Shown: positions 13,289-26,536 of the stretch, one piece after another | Layout of the letters: each line of letters begins with the position of its first letter | Position numbering within the stretch: the first letter of the stretch is position 1 | Assembly (NCBI GenBank): GCA_035084275.1 | Contig: CM068745.1 | Coordinates: 59,954,001-60,018,000, forward strand | Reading direction: 5' to 3' | DNA length: 64,000 bases | Source: Hydrolagus colliei | Taxonomy: Eukaryota | Made by a program: the position numbers and the translations under genes | Notes under the pieces: model-generated | The model's database searches: none | Seen by the model: the letters and a program-made list of their open reading frames with translations, nothing else | Told to the model about the DNA's origin: nothing

Positions 13289-13775
13289 TTGCTTCTGATA
13301 TTCATACAGAAAGTATGTCAACACAGAATCTAGGATCAGGTTAAACAAATTTAAATCAATAAGAATTCAGAGTTCAAGTCGCAAGATAACCGCTCAGTGT
13401 ACAGACTCATTAATTCCACATTGACTATTCCTTGATACTTGAGGTGGACATAACAACTTGCCCTTCATACAGAGTAGTGTCTTGGAGCACTTAACAATGC
13501 CATTTTTTGACTAGATGAGAAACACAAAATAATTAACTTTAAAGGCTTTAAAATATTGTATCAAGGAGATAAACTGAGCTCCATAGTCCCAGGATCTGAC
13601 TACATAAGAAACTGGAATAGAAAGCTAGCTGTATATTGAATACAAATACATGGTCAATGCTGTTTGAGTAAAATCTTGTAAAGCGCTTATAGCTATTTTA
13701 ATTGACATCAGGCGCTATAACAGATGTAGGCATTCCTATTATTATGGATCGCTGATTTTAACAAAGTGATGATAA

Positions 13776-14080
13776 TAACAATAATAATCCTTGCATTTGA
13801 TGTAGTCCTTTTCACGTCTTCTATACTTCTCAAAACGCTTCACAGAATATACTGGAAAGTGAATATATATACAGTATATATGAGCGAAACACAGCAGCAA
13901 ATTGCGCACAGCAGTGACCCAAATAGTCGTCGATTGAAATTACCAATTTATTATTGTTTTATTTTTCGAGCGATTATTATATAGGTGTGTGGAGTAAGGA
14001 AACTTGCCAAAGGTTTTGCCCTGTCTGGAATTTAACCCAGGTCTCTCACTTGTAAGGTGAGTGCTCTAAACATTGAGGTA
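13776..14080 (-). mobile_element. tRNA-derived SINE, full length
   Basis: Same family, reverse orientation. Confidence 0.88.
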
Positions 14081-14159
14081 AAGGAAGGAAGAAGGAGAAA
14101 TAATTTGTAACACAGGCTATTTGGTGGCAATTCAATACATAAGTATAAATGTAAACTTA

Positions 14160-14351
14160 AAAAAATGCAGATGCTGGATTTCTGAAACAAAAACAGAAAT
14201 CGCTGGGAACACTCATCAGGACCGGCAGCATCTATGGAGAAAGGAAAAATGAGTAAATGTTTCAGGTCTACGACCCTTTGTCAGAACACGAGGGTGTTCT
14301 GGTGAAGGGTTGACTCACTTTTCCTTTCTCCATAGATGCTGCCTGACCTGC
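14160..14351. mobile_element. Palindromic mini-element of two head-to-head Penelope terminal-repeat (pLTR) copies
   Basis: 14160-14289 is a reverse copy of 29245-29383; 14293-14351 is a forward, internally deleted copy; perfect 14-bp TSD TAAATGTAAACTTA (14146-14159 and 14352-14365). Confidence 0.88.
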
Positions 14352-14547
14352 TAAATGTAAACTTACTGGATTCAGATTGCAAGCATAGAACCAAAGGATA
14401 CAAGTTTAAAATTAACAAGCCTCAAGTGAAACTAGAGATTAGAAGAACCTTTTTTTATTTTTACGAGCATTAGAATAGTGGATATATGGAACTAAATACC
14501 AACCTAAAGTTGTTCATGACATGCCAATGAATTCCTTCAGTTTTATA

Positions 14548-14685
14548 CAAAACACAAAATACTGCAGATGCTGGAAGTCTAAAACAAAAACAGAAATCAC
14601 TGGGAACACTCAGCAGGTCAGGCAGCATCTATAGAGAAAAGAAAGTAAGTCAACATTTCAGGTCCACAACCCTTCATTAGAACAC
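14548..14685 (-). mobile_element. Solo Penelope pLTR with hammerhead-like motif
   Basis: Reverse copy of 29245-29383; minus strand reads GTT CTAATGA A GGGTT GTG GACCT GAAA T GTT GAC. Confidence 0.85.
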
Positions 14686-15126
14686 AGTCTTTAGGAATGC
14701 ATGAAAAAATACAACATTTTATGACAGATTTGGTAATTCTATACATTGAATAAGTACTGAGTTTGCCATGAAATGTCACATTTTGACCCCCATAATTTGT
14801 GTTGTTGATAGAGGCAGAGCAAGATGGATGGGTAGTTTGGTGGAAGGTAGTTAGGAATCAAATGAATCAACTGACACTCTCCTTTTCTAAATCTATGGCT
14901 GTGGCACATTACAAATTTAAAAAGACCAGAAATTGATACAAATATAAATGAAATGAATGTCCCTAAATCAAATGCATTAGTTTGTAATTATAGTCAGAAC
15001 ATTCAGTGTAAATAATGTGCAATTAAAGCTACATACTCATCAAACAAATAAGATATCCATAGTGCAATCCAGTTTACCATAGGAAAATATTTATTTCAAG
15101 CAAAATTACAAAACTGATGCTCCAGT

Positions 15127-15325
15127 GCAGAAATACTGGAGATCCACAACATGTCAATCAACATTTTAAAAAGCAAGCAGGTGAAAGTTCAGGCATTGCC
15201 CTGCATGACTTCTGATGAAGCGTTATGCCTGGAATGTTAACCTATCTTCCTCTTTCAGATGATGATTGACTTGCCATGGATTTTCATCATTTCTGCCTAT
15301 GTTTCAGTTTCCGTCATTTGCATCT
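15127..15325. mobile_element. Older head-to-head pLTR palindrome (divergent subfamily)
   Basis: Forward arm TTCTGATGAAGCGTTATGCCTGGAATGTTAACC...GTTTCAG; 15127-15207 is its diverged reverse complement. Confidence 0.6.
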
Positions 15326-16064
15326 ACGTTTTCTTTATTCCTTTTAATACTTTCCTCCCCAAGTAAATGGTTATTTAATATTTAGCCTGTTAAACTAAAT
15401 CAGCAGCTGGACTCTGCACATTTCTTCCTCAAAAAATAATGTTAATGCATACAACTTTACACCAGTGCGCAGTTTGGCATTACAAAGAAAGTCAAACAGA
15501 ATCACCCCAATTAAGTAGCCAAGCAACCAAAAATCAACACGACCTCTGGGATTCATTCTACAGCTGCAGTAACTGTGTAAAATGGGGAGCTAAACTCTGT
15601 ATAAGCCACATTTCCAGATCGCCGGTGGGTAGTCATTTAAAGATTCAGATCATGCAGTTATCACTAAACTAAGCCAAGGATCATCAGCTTCACATGATAG
15701 TGAAATAATTGAATATAAGAGAAGCAGAAAATATGGGCTTGAAATCTATTTGCCTCTAAGAAGTGGTCATCAAAACATCTGGAAATCATAGACTTCAAGA
15801 AAACACTTCAAACAAATGAGAAGCTGTGAAGATGGTCATTTGTGAAGGTTTGTGAAGCACAACACAGATTGAGTTACACCACAGAAAGAAATTACATTCC
15901 TCAATGTAGCAAGAAACGGATATGCGCTTTGAGCTCCTGGAAAGCAGATGGAAGCAGATCCACCCACTCCTTGGCCTGTACTTTTTAAGCTTATGTGCAT
16001 GCGAATAATAAAAATATACTAAACATGTATGCGGTTGAGCTACGCATATTATTTCAGCACAAAC

Positions 16065-16440
16065 CATAATCCATGTCTTTGATACAATGTCTATTACATT
16101 GGTAGGAAGTCTCAACGCACTTCACAGGATTTACTGTAAAGTGCAATGAATGCGTATTTTGTAGGTGACAGTGGTAGATAATTTTGCAATATCCCACATA
16201 TATGTATATAAAATGAATGACCAATTTTAATTTGGGGATTGTAGGCCAGGATATCGAGAGATGATGCTTATGTTTATCTGACAAACCTTAGTTTATTACC
16301 TCATCACATGGGCAACACCTTCAATAATGCAGCACTTCCCCAGCATCGCACTGGAGCTTCCACCAAGACTGTATGTGTTCCAAATCCCAAATTGTGGCTT
16401 AAACCTACAGCCTTCTGACTCAGAGATGAACCAGGCTCAT
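16065..16440 (-). mobile_element. Old Deu-domain tRNA-SINE
   Basis: Reverse tail; GGCAACACCTTCAATAATGCAGCACTTCCCCAGCATCGCACTGGAG body; tRNA-head remnant. Confidence 0.65.
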
Positions 16441-18589
16441 ATATATCAAATACATATTGTTCCTTGAAATTAACAGCATCTGTTATGCTACTGGTTTAGT
16501 GCTACTCGATAATAGGTTCAAGTAATAGGTTTGCCTACCTACGTATTTCATACTTTAATGCTAACTGTAAGTTAAGAGCGTTTAAATAATTACCATGCGT
16601 GCTATGTCACTAAGATATCCATTTTTATGGTTATTGCCTGGAAAAATGGGAAGCAGGTGAAAGTGAACAGTAAATATATCAAGTATTGCATTGAATACAA
16701 TCTCTTTGAAGCACCATAACCCACCCATATATTCTGAATTCACTTCTCATCTACAGTCCTAGTGAAGACCAGGGACTATGGCATAAACAGCAAAAAATAC
16801 AATACGGCTAACATTAACCTTAGCGTGCATTGCCCCAGGAATCATTTATAGCTAGTAAATTCCCCCAACGAGCTATTTGATAAATTAAGCGATTGAAAAG
16901 TCACTGCTGGCAACAACAGAGGTGGAAAATGATTATTCCACCAGATTGCCATGCAATCGTATTTACCACCCAAACAAGAGCCACACAGAAGGATTCATCC
17001 ATTACACTGTTTAAATGCTGAACCATCTAGAACCTTTGTAACTTTTAAACTGGATATATATGTCATGTAATTTATTATTTTTATAAATATTTATATTTTA
17101 GCAGCTGAGTGTCTTTTTCTATCGGCTACATATTTTAATATTAATTATAATTGTAGTTTCATAGAAAGTCATCACATTTCAAGCCTATTGTATTTGAAAT
17201 GCAGCCATAGATTGAATGAAAATCTGGTTGGGTCAACCAGGTTAAAAGAAAATTGTCTGAGGCTCGCAACAATGCCTCATTATTGTACTATTGAGATGAA
17301 ATGTTTTAATAAGCTATTTAAACACAATACGAGGCTCAATCTAGAACTGTAGAGTATTTAAAAAACAGGTCATGGTGTTTCCCAGCATCTGAGGCTGTGT
17401 AAAATACATAAATGTTTAATCAAATGGAATATGCAAAACCAATTGTTTCAAAGGATCATGTGCCTCAGATTACAATGAAATTTTCATAGGTTCAACCGAT
17501 GAAGTGCTGGAGCTTCAGAGATAGAGCCTCGTCTATCATTTGTGGACCCTTGTTATTGCAGCTAGAATTCAAGAGATTTTATGCTATTTTTGGTCTTTTC
17601 TCTGGATGTATCCTGTAACCACATACTGTACTATAAATGCTAACATTTTAGACTTCCTTTCTTCAAATATGATTTACATTTTTGTACCTCTTCTGAAAAA
17701 TATTTTCAGATAAATCAGCAGAATAAAAGTGCACAGGTTCAGAGTCACAAAGGGGAATTTCAGAAAAGTCACAAGGAAGTATTTCTTTACACTGAGAAAT
17801 ACCTGTACTAGAATGGTTAACTAGAATTGTTAACTAGTATTGTTAATAATAATTATAACTAGAATATTTAACCAGGAAGGGTGCTTGGGGCCTAGACAAT
17901 GGACTTGTTTAAGAAACATCTTAGTTATAATACTTTCCAGAATTAGGAAGAAGAATGTATCCCTCTTGGGAGAGAGTTCTAACGATCTATTTCTGTGATT
18001 TCCATATATATTCCATATATTTTGCATGAAATTCTCAAATTGGTTTGAATACTTGAAAGCATGGCAATGGACTTCCTTATGTGTCAGACAAAACAAAACA
18101 GATATTGTTATAATGAGGCCTATTTTAACAAGAGTGAACATTCATGTACGGTAGTGAATGAATAATAACATCTTTCTTCAATAAAGGCGATAGTAATCAG
18201 TTACACACACCCATTTACTTCTTTATTCTCCCATTATTATCTAACATTACAAGACTTCACTCACACAGGGCACTGTAATCTTACAGTTCAACGAAGTACA
18301 TCTTACATAACTGACATTTAGGATAACAACAACACTTACTGATTTAAGCAGTTATTATGATGCAATTTACATTGAAATGGTACCTTTCACATCAAGAGGA
18401 CATCTCAAAGTGATTAACACTGCTGGCTCATCATGCAAGGTAGGGTTGGAAGTTGAAGACAGTGATTACACTGCTGATAGTTCAAATACAATTGATAATT
18501 TAGACATTAATAGAGGAACCAGTAGAAAATTGGCATTGCAATGCATAAGTCGAGTGGTGGTGCTAACAATAAATATATAGATGCTAACA

Positions 18590-18822
18590 CACCTGATAAT
18601 AATCCCTCAAAAACAAAACAATGATTACTTGGTCACCTCAATCTATGGCTGATTGTGAGACACTGTTGTGCACAATTGTATGCTGCTTTTTGCCCACAAA
18701 TATACAATTCATTTTATAGTCAATTCACTTTACAGTATAATCTGTGAATGGCTTTGAGATGTCTAGAAGATGTCTAGAAGATGTGAAAAACACTATATCA
18801 AATGCAACAATGATTATTATTA
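18590..18822 (+). mobile_element. 5'-truncated tRNA-SINE
   Basis: Body and tail of the family, with small internal tandem duplications. Confidence 0.8.
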
Positions 18823-19004
18823 TACACTTGATAGGCTGAATGGCCACATCAGTGCTATTGTTATAATAAATCTATGTGATTAACAGCTGAAATCCAGTGA
18901 GTTCAAGAATAATTTTCTACTTCTGCTGAATTATATCAATTATAATTCTTCTTATAATTGATATAATTCAAAATTCTCAGAATAGAAAGCATCAATGATG
19001 ACTC

Positions 19005-21080
19005 TGGCAACAACAACTGGCACTTAAATAGTACTCTCTCGATTTGTACTCTCCATGCAGGGTAGCATCTTAGATCACTTAACATTAGTGCAGCCTGACT
19101 CAGAGCCGCTGGGGGAGATAGCTATCAGCACGGTCGAACAGGAAGATTTTCAAGCAGGGATGGAAAAAGAGCAAAGTGGAGGCAAGGCAGAAGGATTGAG
19201 GGAGAGTGTTCCAGAGTATTGGGGGCATAGAGGCTGAAAGCGCAACCTTCGATGATGGGACAGAGGGTGCGAGGAATAAGCAGGAGCCCTGGGCCAATCA
19301 AGCAGAGGCACCAGGTGGTGAATTGGGGTTTGAGGAGGTTGGAGAGGTAGGGAGGTGCCAGAGAGTGAAGGGATTTGAACACGATTATGAGGATCTTGAA
19401 ATCAATTAATTGATGGGGAGCCAATGGAGCCTGGCCAGAATTCCTGATGTGTGGGTACAGAGTTTGGTCCAGGTAAATATGTAGGCACCAGAGTTCTGAA
19501 TGAGCTGGATCTTTTGAATAGTGAAGCTGGGGAGACCGTTAAGGAATGTGTTTGAGTAATCCTGTCAGGAGGTAACAAATCACTCCTTTGGTAATGGAGA
19601 ACTACAGAATATTTTTTTAATAGGCCTGATCTCATTAAATGATAGGGATCAAAGATAGATGAACAATTAGAAGCTGATTGGCTCTGCACCTGCATTTCTC
19701 ATCTTCAGTGCCTTTCAGTCGCTTAAGACAAACTAATCCTGGTCAGGGATTGGATGTGAGGGAGGAAGCACAGATGGGCCCCAAAATGGATACCTAGATT
19801 GTGCTTTTGTCAGTGTAACAACCACATCAACAACAAAATTACATTTGTATAGTGCCTTTCACATTGGAAGGACATCACAAGGTGTGTGTGTAAGGGAGAA
19901 CCCAAGGCATTTGAGGAACTCAGATACTATACATTGATAACAACCAGGGAGCACTGTTTCTATCTTGTTCATATTCAGCTGCTGGTAGTTTGCACTCATC
20001 CATTGCCTGATGTCTGCCAGAAAAGCTGATAGAACATCAGCAGACCCAGAGTTGGTACTGAAGAAGGCAAAACAGATTTGTGTGTTGTACATGTAATGGG
20101 AGTTATATGTGGAAGTTTACTCAGTGTCTGCGGTTGACATCGTGAAGAGGGAGCATATAATAAGGAAAATAAAAGGGCTAAGGATGGAGCCCTGGGTTAC
20201 CATGCAGGTGACCGGCTACCATTTGTCGGCATGAAATGAAGATGGTTTGTTAAGTAGGACTCGAACCATAGAGTGCGGTGCCATTAAGGTGGATGGAAGG
20301 AGGTGAGGCAGTGGAGGAGGGTGGGGTGGTCAACTGTGTTGAATAGAAAACATGAAAAGCACTATATCAAATGCACAGATTTTTAAAAAAATTATTAGTA
20401 GTATTATTATTATTGCACGCAGCAGAGAGATCCAGGAGAATGAGGAGGCAGAGGGAGCCTTGATCACAAATAGAGAGAACATAGTTTGTGACTTTGACAA
20501 GCACTGTCTCTGTTCTGTGAGCAGGACGAAAACCAGACTGCAGGATCTCTATGAGGGAGTGGAGGGAGAGTTGTGACCATAGTTCACCTGCAGCAAAACA
20601 TTCCAGGACTTTGACAAGGAAGGGTAGGTTGGAAAGAAGATGGAAGTGTGAGAGATTACAACAACAACAAAATTACACTTGTATAGCACCTTTGATAGAT
20701 CAAGGGTGTTTTTTATGAGGATTGTGATAACAGAGGTTTTCAGGGGGTGTGAACAGAGCCTGTGGAGAGAGACTGGTTGACTGTGTCAGCCAGCAGCGGG
20801 GAGAGGAGTGGGGGTTGAGTAACTAGCAACTGACGGGGGAGGGGGTCAAGGTAGCAGCTGAGTACATTGTGGTTGAGAGAGAGGAATGGGGGAAAGGAAT
20901 GTAAGGAAGGAAGAGAAGCAGGAGCCGCGGTAGAGACGGAAGGCGGTGTGAATAGTCTGGGTGGGGTGGAAGGGGACATGTGGGGAGAGTACGAAGGACC
21001 TCTTCCCACTTGGTGTTTGATGTGAGGATAGAAAGGGCTTGAAGTACACAGAGGAGGTGATGGATGTTGGGAAACAGCAT
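19005..21080 (-). mobile_element. Fragmented old L2 LINE (RT region to 3' tail) with nested insertions
   Basis: Minus-strand relics IDFKILIIVFKSLHSLAPPYLS, LADIRQWMSANYQQLNMNKIE, LDPLPRQLL; interrupted at 19582-19736, about 19817-19880, 20352-20412 and 20660-20695. Confidence 0.8.
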
Positions 21081-21984
21081 CTTTGGTTTGTTGTTTTCCT
21101 ATAAGATTACTTTGAAGTAAAAGTCAGTTTGGGCCTGTGAAAGGGAGAGGCGGTTTTAAAAAAACATTAATTTTAACTATTGAGATCTTTTTACTGCATG
21201 ATATATAATAGTTAGGACATAGAGACTATGACTTACAATTGGGTAGACAAAAGCCTTCAGACTGTGAACCACACATTCATAGTATATAGAAAGTCTCATT
21301 GAACTCTGCTCCAAATCTCTAAAGGCCTATAATTTAGGTATCACACATCCCTCTAATAAGAGTTAAACCATAGTGAATATATTAAATACAGAAAGTATAT
21401 AACAATTAATGATCCAGAAGTTCAGCATGTTGGTGGCATTGGTTTAAATCTTGTCTACTTCAAAAGGAAACTGAAGAAATATTGTCCCCAGAGCTCATCT
21501 TAACTTGTATACAGTGAGAAACGGGAATGTCCGAGTCAGGTTCAATAGCCATCACACATGTTTAAAGTTTTTAAAAAGAAAAATGTAATTCCATTATTGA
21601 AGGGTCTGCTGCAAATGAAAATACTGTGATGAAATGCTTCACTGGATTAAAAAATATTATAATAGCTGGAATTGCAGCAGGCATACACGGCTAGTATTCA
21701 ACAAAAAATGACAGCTGATAGTAATTTACATGCAATAGATTAGCTGTATAATTAGTCCCGTCTGACAGATGTGACCTGTTTATTGACCCTTATTGACCTT
21801 GGAAGCAGAACCATGCCTGAAATTAAAAATAATGAACTACAAGGGCCAGGGAAAGGCAAAGAGGGAACAGAACTCCTATTGCATAATAATGAATTGCACA
21901 AACCAATGTTTACATGTTTAATGCCTCACTTTAACTGTTTGTGGTTACTGATCAAATAAGTCCTGTAGTAATCCTTTCTTGGCT

Positions 21985-22400
21985 TCCAATTTCTTTCTTT
22001 CCTCTCTGAAGGTGGTAACTCTTATTGTAAGTCAATGTGGGAATACATATCATTGTGGGCGATGGTTCCACAGACACACCAGATTTTCAAGAACCCACCC
22101 AGGAGGCTGCCCCTTACATGTGAGCTTGGATAATTAATGTTGACAGGTTGAACACAGGAGTGAGGACATCAAAGCCAAGTCCAATTGTACTTCACCCACT
22201 TGAAATTCAGTGTTGCCAGTGGGGTGGGGGTGCAGTGCAGTACTGGATAGGTTCCAGGAGCAGGAACTTTGGCTTATTTCCATTCCCAAGGGCATTAAGG
22301 CCTATTTAGACCCACACTATTTGAAAACCTAATTCTCAACAGATTTGGGTTTAGACCTCCCTGACCTTCTATGGCACATTAATAGCAGTGATTTGTTTTT
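21985..22400 (-). mobile_element. Highly diverged SINE of a different family
   Basis: Resembles a recalled cartilaginous-fish SINE body (ACTGGATAG..CAGGAGCAGGAAC..TGGCT); related head remnant near 2465-2550. Confidence 0.4.
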
Positions 22401-25400
22401 AAACTACTAATAACACCATCAATTTAATAGTACAGTACTTGCATTTGATATCATCTAGCAAATTCTCAAAACAGGGCCTTATTTTTGAAGCCTTGTTTTT
22501 AAGAACTACAGAAAACAGAATTCAACATGAAGGCTGAATTCTACAATTTGTCAAACTGTATGCTCTAATAGAAAATAAATAGAGTATGTCTAGATCCTTG
22601 TGGAATTGCTCTCCATTGATTCTTTAACAGCACACAAACCTGAAATAGTTAATTAAGAACCGTGGCCTTTGTTTGGAGATGATTATCCTTATATTAGTAA
22701 AAAAACACAGCTTTCACTATTGGCATTTCTTTACTTGAATGCAACTAATTAGAATGGACCAAAACTTGGCTATAGAGATGAATTCTCAAACTATGAAGTT
22801 AACTTGCTACAGTCAGTCAAATAGGTTTGTGTTAATCGTATCCTTATTGCAGTAAAACAGTAGCATGTCACGTCAAGCATGAGACACCATTTCACCTCAA
22901 AGTGATACCATCTCCCATAATGTCTTTGGTCCTGAGCCGAGTGGAAAGCTATTGAATTCTTACAAGGCTGAGTGAAGTGCTCAGCAAATTAAATGTCAGG
23001 AGGTTCAGTGGCATTCAATCAATATCTGTAAAGTTTGCAGATAACACAGAACTGCAATCAATAGCGCTTACTGTATACCATACACTGTGTGAAACCCTGA
23101 AGTATTATAGATATTCGAATTGTCCTAAATGCGAGTCACTGACAAGCCTATGAGTAGAGAAATACATCATTAAGAAAAAATATATAATGGCTACCTGCCA
23201 AATGGTACCTCCCAATTTTCCCTAGTTATTTCTTGCAAGGAATATTTCAGGATTGCAAGATTGCTTGAATGCCCTGCCAATCAAGCCTCATCTAAAAAGG
23301 CCCTGTCAAAGGTGATAACTAGGGAAAGTATTTGCAAAACTGTGGAAGGATCCATGTGACATGCTCTCTGGCTGGTGAAGGGAGATTTTGTGTGGACAAA
23401 TCTTCTAAATCCCGAGATGAACTACTATTGTCATATATAACAAGCACATCATAGTCATGAATATGCAATCTGTCAACATGGTGACAAGTCAGAGAAAACC
23501 CTCATGTTACAAGCTTGCAGTTTACTTTGAACTAATTCCACACTGGATATGATGGATATTGACACAAGCTCTCAGACATCAGAGCCATTGCTAGTACAGG
23601 TGTTTAATCTACCAGTACATAACATGCGTTAGTAGAACAGCATTTTTAAAAACAATTCATAGAATATTATTTCCTAACATTCTCCATTCGTTGACCAAGA
23701 AGCCAAATATCTGTTCCCAAGTCTTTGTCTTACTTATTTCTCACTCCATGTGGATATTTTAATTCAGTATAATTATTTATATGAGCAATTGGCTAAGTAG
23801 AACAGGATTTAAAACAAAAACATTTGATTGTGAGTCCACTGTTCAAGTAATTAAACTGCCCAGGATGGAAATTCAGGTATAGCATGATATAGACACAAGG
23901 TAAAGCATTTTATACATGATCAAAAAATTCTGAGCAATGGGAAATAAATGATCATCACTTACCTATTTTCCAGATGGCTTTTGGTGCTAGGATAATTGGG
24001 AAGCAGGACACCACAAGAGCAAATTGTATGGGTTCATCTTAAAGCCCAGAGAGATCCTATTTTTGTTGACTTCACTTATTGCAAATTAGGATTCATAAAC
24101 TGGTATCCAATTTTATTGTGTGATCTGTACTGACAAGTAATAAAATAAACTATACCAGAGTGCGTCAGTCTGATAAATGCACCAGCCTACAACCATTAAA
24201 AAGCAATTCAGATGTTTATTTGATATGTATGTGCTCTGCTTAATAATTATACTTACAACTTTATTGTAGCTAGACGTGAATAAGTGGATAAGCTGAATGC
24301 TTCCAATGTCACTGGAGATCTAATAAGCATTAATCCAGTGTGGGCATTGCTTCCTGGAAGTAATATGGTGAAAATAAATTGTTTAGCGACATAAAAGATG
24401 AGGTAACCAGGGTAACTACTGACATTTTATATTTTTATTTTCAGCTTCATTTGGCACATGCATCCATGCTTTGTTCAAATATTTATTTTGCAAGACGCCT
24501 GTAAAAATATGTTATGTTATCTATGTTATGAAGATATGTTAAATCTCAAGCTTTTCCATCCTTTCAGCTTGGACATATTTAGCAGAAGTCACTGGTTTTA
24601 CTGGAAAAAAAATGGTAAATATTTAATAGAAAAGAAGTTAGGATATATAATGGACAAGATTATTCAGTCCTGAGTAATCTTTTCAGAACTTTTGCCTCTA
24701 AATGCGTTTTGGTCAAAGAAACTATGCTTCACTGTTCAAACCAACCGTTCACTGTTCAAACCAACAAACAGTCCACATCTATGAAACACTGACACCCATT
24801 CACAATCTGTTTCTTTATGTCTTGAATATGACTTCTGCACATCAGTGATCTCAAATTGGTTAGCTCCATACGTGCCAGAGATGGGTAGTGTACGTTTGTA
24901 AATGGGAAATCTCGATTTACTGTCTAGCACCTATCAAATAGGTACACCTATCAAATATATAAATAACGTATGTTTAGTTTTACCATGGTAACCATTCATA
25001 CACAGGATACATGTGCACACTTCAATGGAATACTTTCTGATACAGACAGGAGAATGAATTCTGTATGATGCATGGTTTGCTGAACCTTGTTGCATGAAAC
25101 TTAACTCAAATAATTATGTTTTCCAAGATCAGTGTGATTTACTGACCACACCTTCAATAGATCAATGCAAGGTAGTGTTCCTTTGGCAGTAATATAGAAA
25201 TATTAAAATTCAGGCACTAAAAGTAGAGGTAATAGAATTTAGAGAAAATGGACACAATCGTAAATAATAAGTGAAATTTGTAACATTTCATAACCAATTT
25301 GATATGATATAACATTCAGAAGGGAATCATTCAAAATTTACCCCAAATATCTACATGTTCACTTTTTTATTTTGTTTACAAAGAAGAACCTGAATCAAAG

Positions 25401-26477
25401 ATTGCATTTGTTAGAAGGTTCATTGACAGATATTTGCTAAAGATTAACAGTTTTCTGACTTTAAGCATCTATTTAAACCTGACTAACATCATAGACAGAC
25501 ATAACAAAAGTATCTGAGACACTGGAGTGTTTGGCACCCATTCATTACTGATGTGCTCTTAGCCATCAGTGGAATGCAGTTACTGTTTCTGAGGCTTTCG
25601 TGCTCTGGCCCATGTGATCCGTGGAGAGTTGCATTTCTGAAACAGTAAAATTCAGAAATGAAGTTAAAAGGAAACGTACTTAGCAATGAAATGATTTCTT
25701 GAGCCTCACATGAAAGAAATTCTGCCACAAAGTATTCAAAGGTAGTCTCACTGAATTGAATTTCTCTCATGCTTAACTTCTTAAAGCTGAAGGAATGTAA
25801 GATTTAACAACACGTCTTGAAATTAACTGATTCTGGAAGTATGAATCATATACAGTATCTACATATACTTATCAGAACAAAATAGGCATATGCCATGACC
25901 AAATCCCAAATTTCAAACCTGATCGATTCTAGAATTTTGAGCTGGAACCAAACTTAGAACTTGTTATTGGTCTCTTCAATTCAAGTCATGTAAGATTTAG
26001 CAATTTTCAGTAAATAATGGTAAATTCCCATGTGGGTACTGGTATTTAATGCTACCAGAATCATGTGTGGCGGTGGGCTGCAGGAGTGAAGTGTTTTGCT
26101 TGAAACTATTGTCATCAAACAGAGCTTGTGAAACATCTGTTTTCCAAGTACAGTTTAAAATTAATGATTGAGGATTTTGCTTTCACCACAAAGGAAATCG
26201 GGAGCATTGAGTTTGGAGTGGGAGAGAGGTGAGAATGGAAATCACTTGCAAATACACAGTCACATCACCTCACAGTAAAACTGTGATGCACTATGGGATA
26301 TCCTCCCAACATGAAACAGGATATACCAGAGGGAAGGATTTGTATGCATTGGAAAAACTGGATGAAGTATCAAATGGAAAAGGTTTGAGATTTTGGCTGG
26401 AAATATCTAGAAGAATCAGAAATTAGGTTTTGTGGACCACCTGCATAGAAAAGACTAAATGCTTTGGGTTAAAATAG

Positions 26478-26536
26478 TTGTTGATAATGGTCACACCATT
26501 ATCAACAATAATAATCAATATTGATGATAATTATCA
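26478..26536. repeat. Cluster of three perfect palindromes
   Basis: TTGTTGATAATGGT-cac-ACCATTATCAACAA (14-bp stem), ATCAATATTGAT, TGATAATTATCA. Confidence 0.9.
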
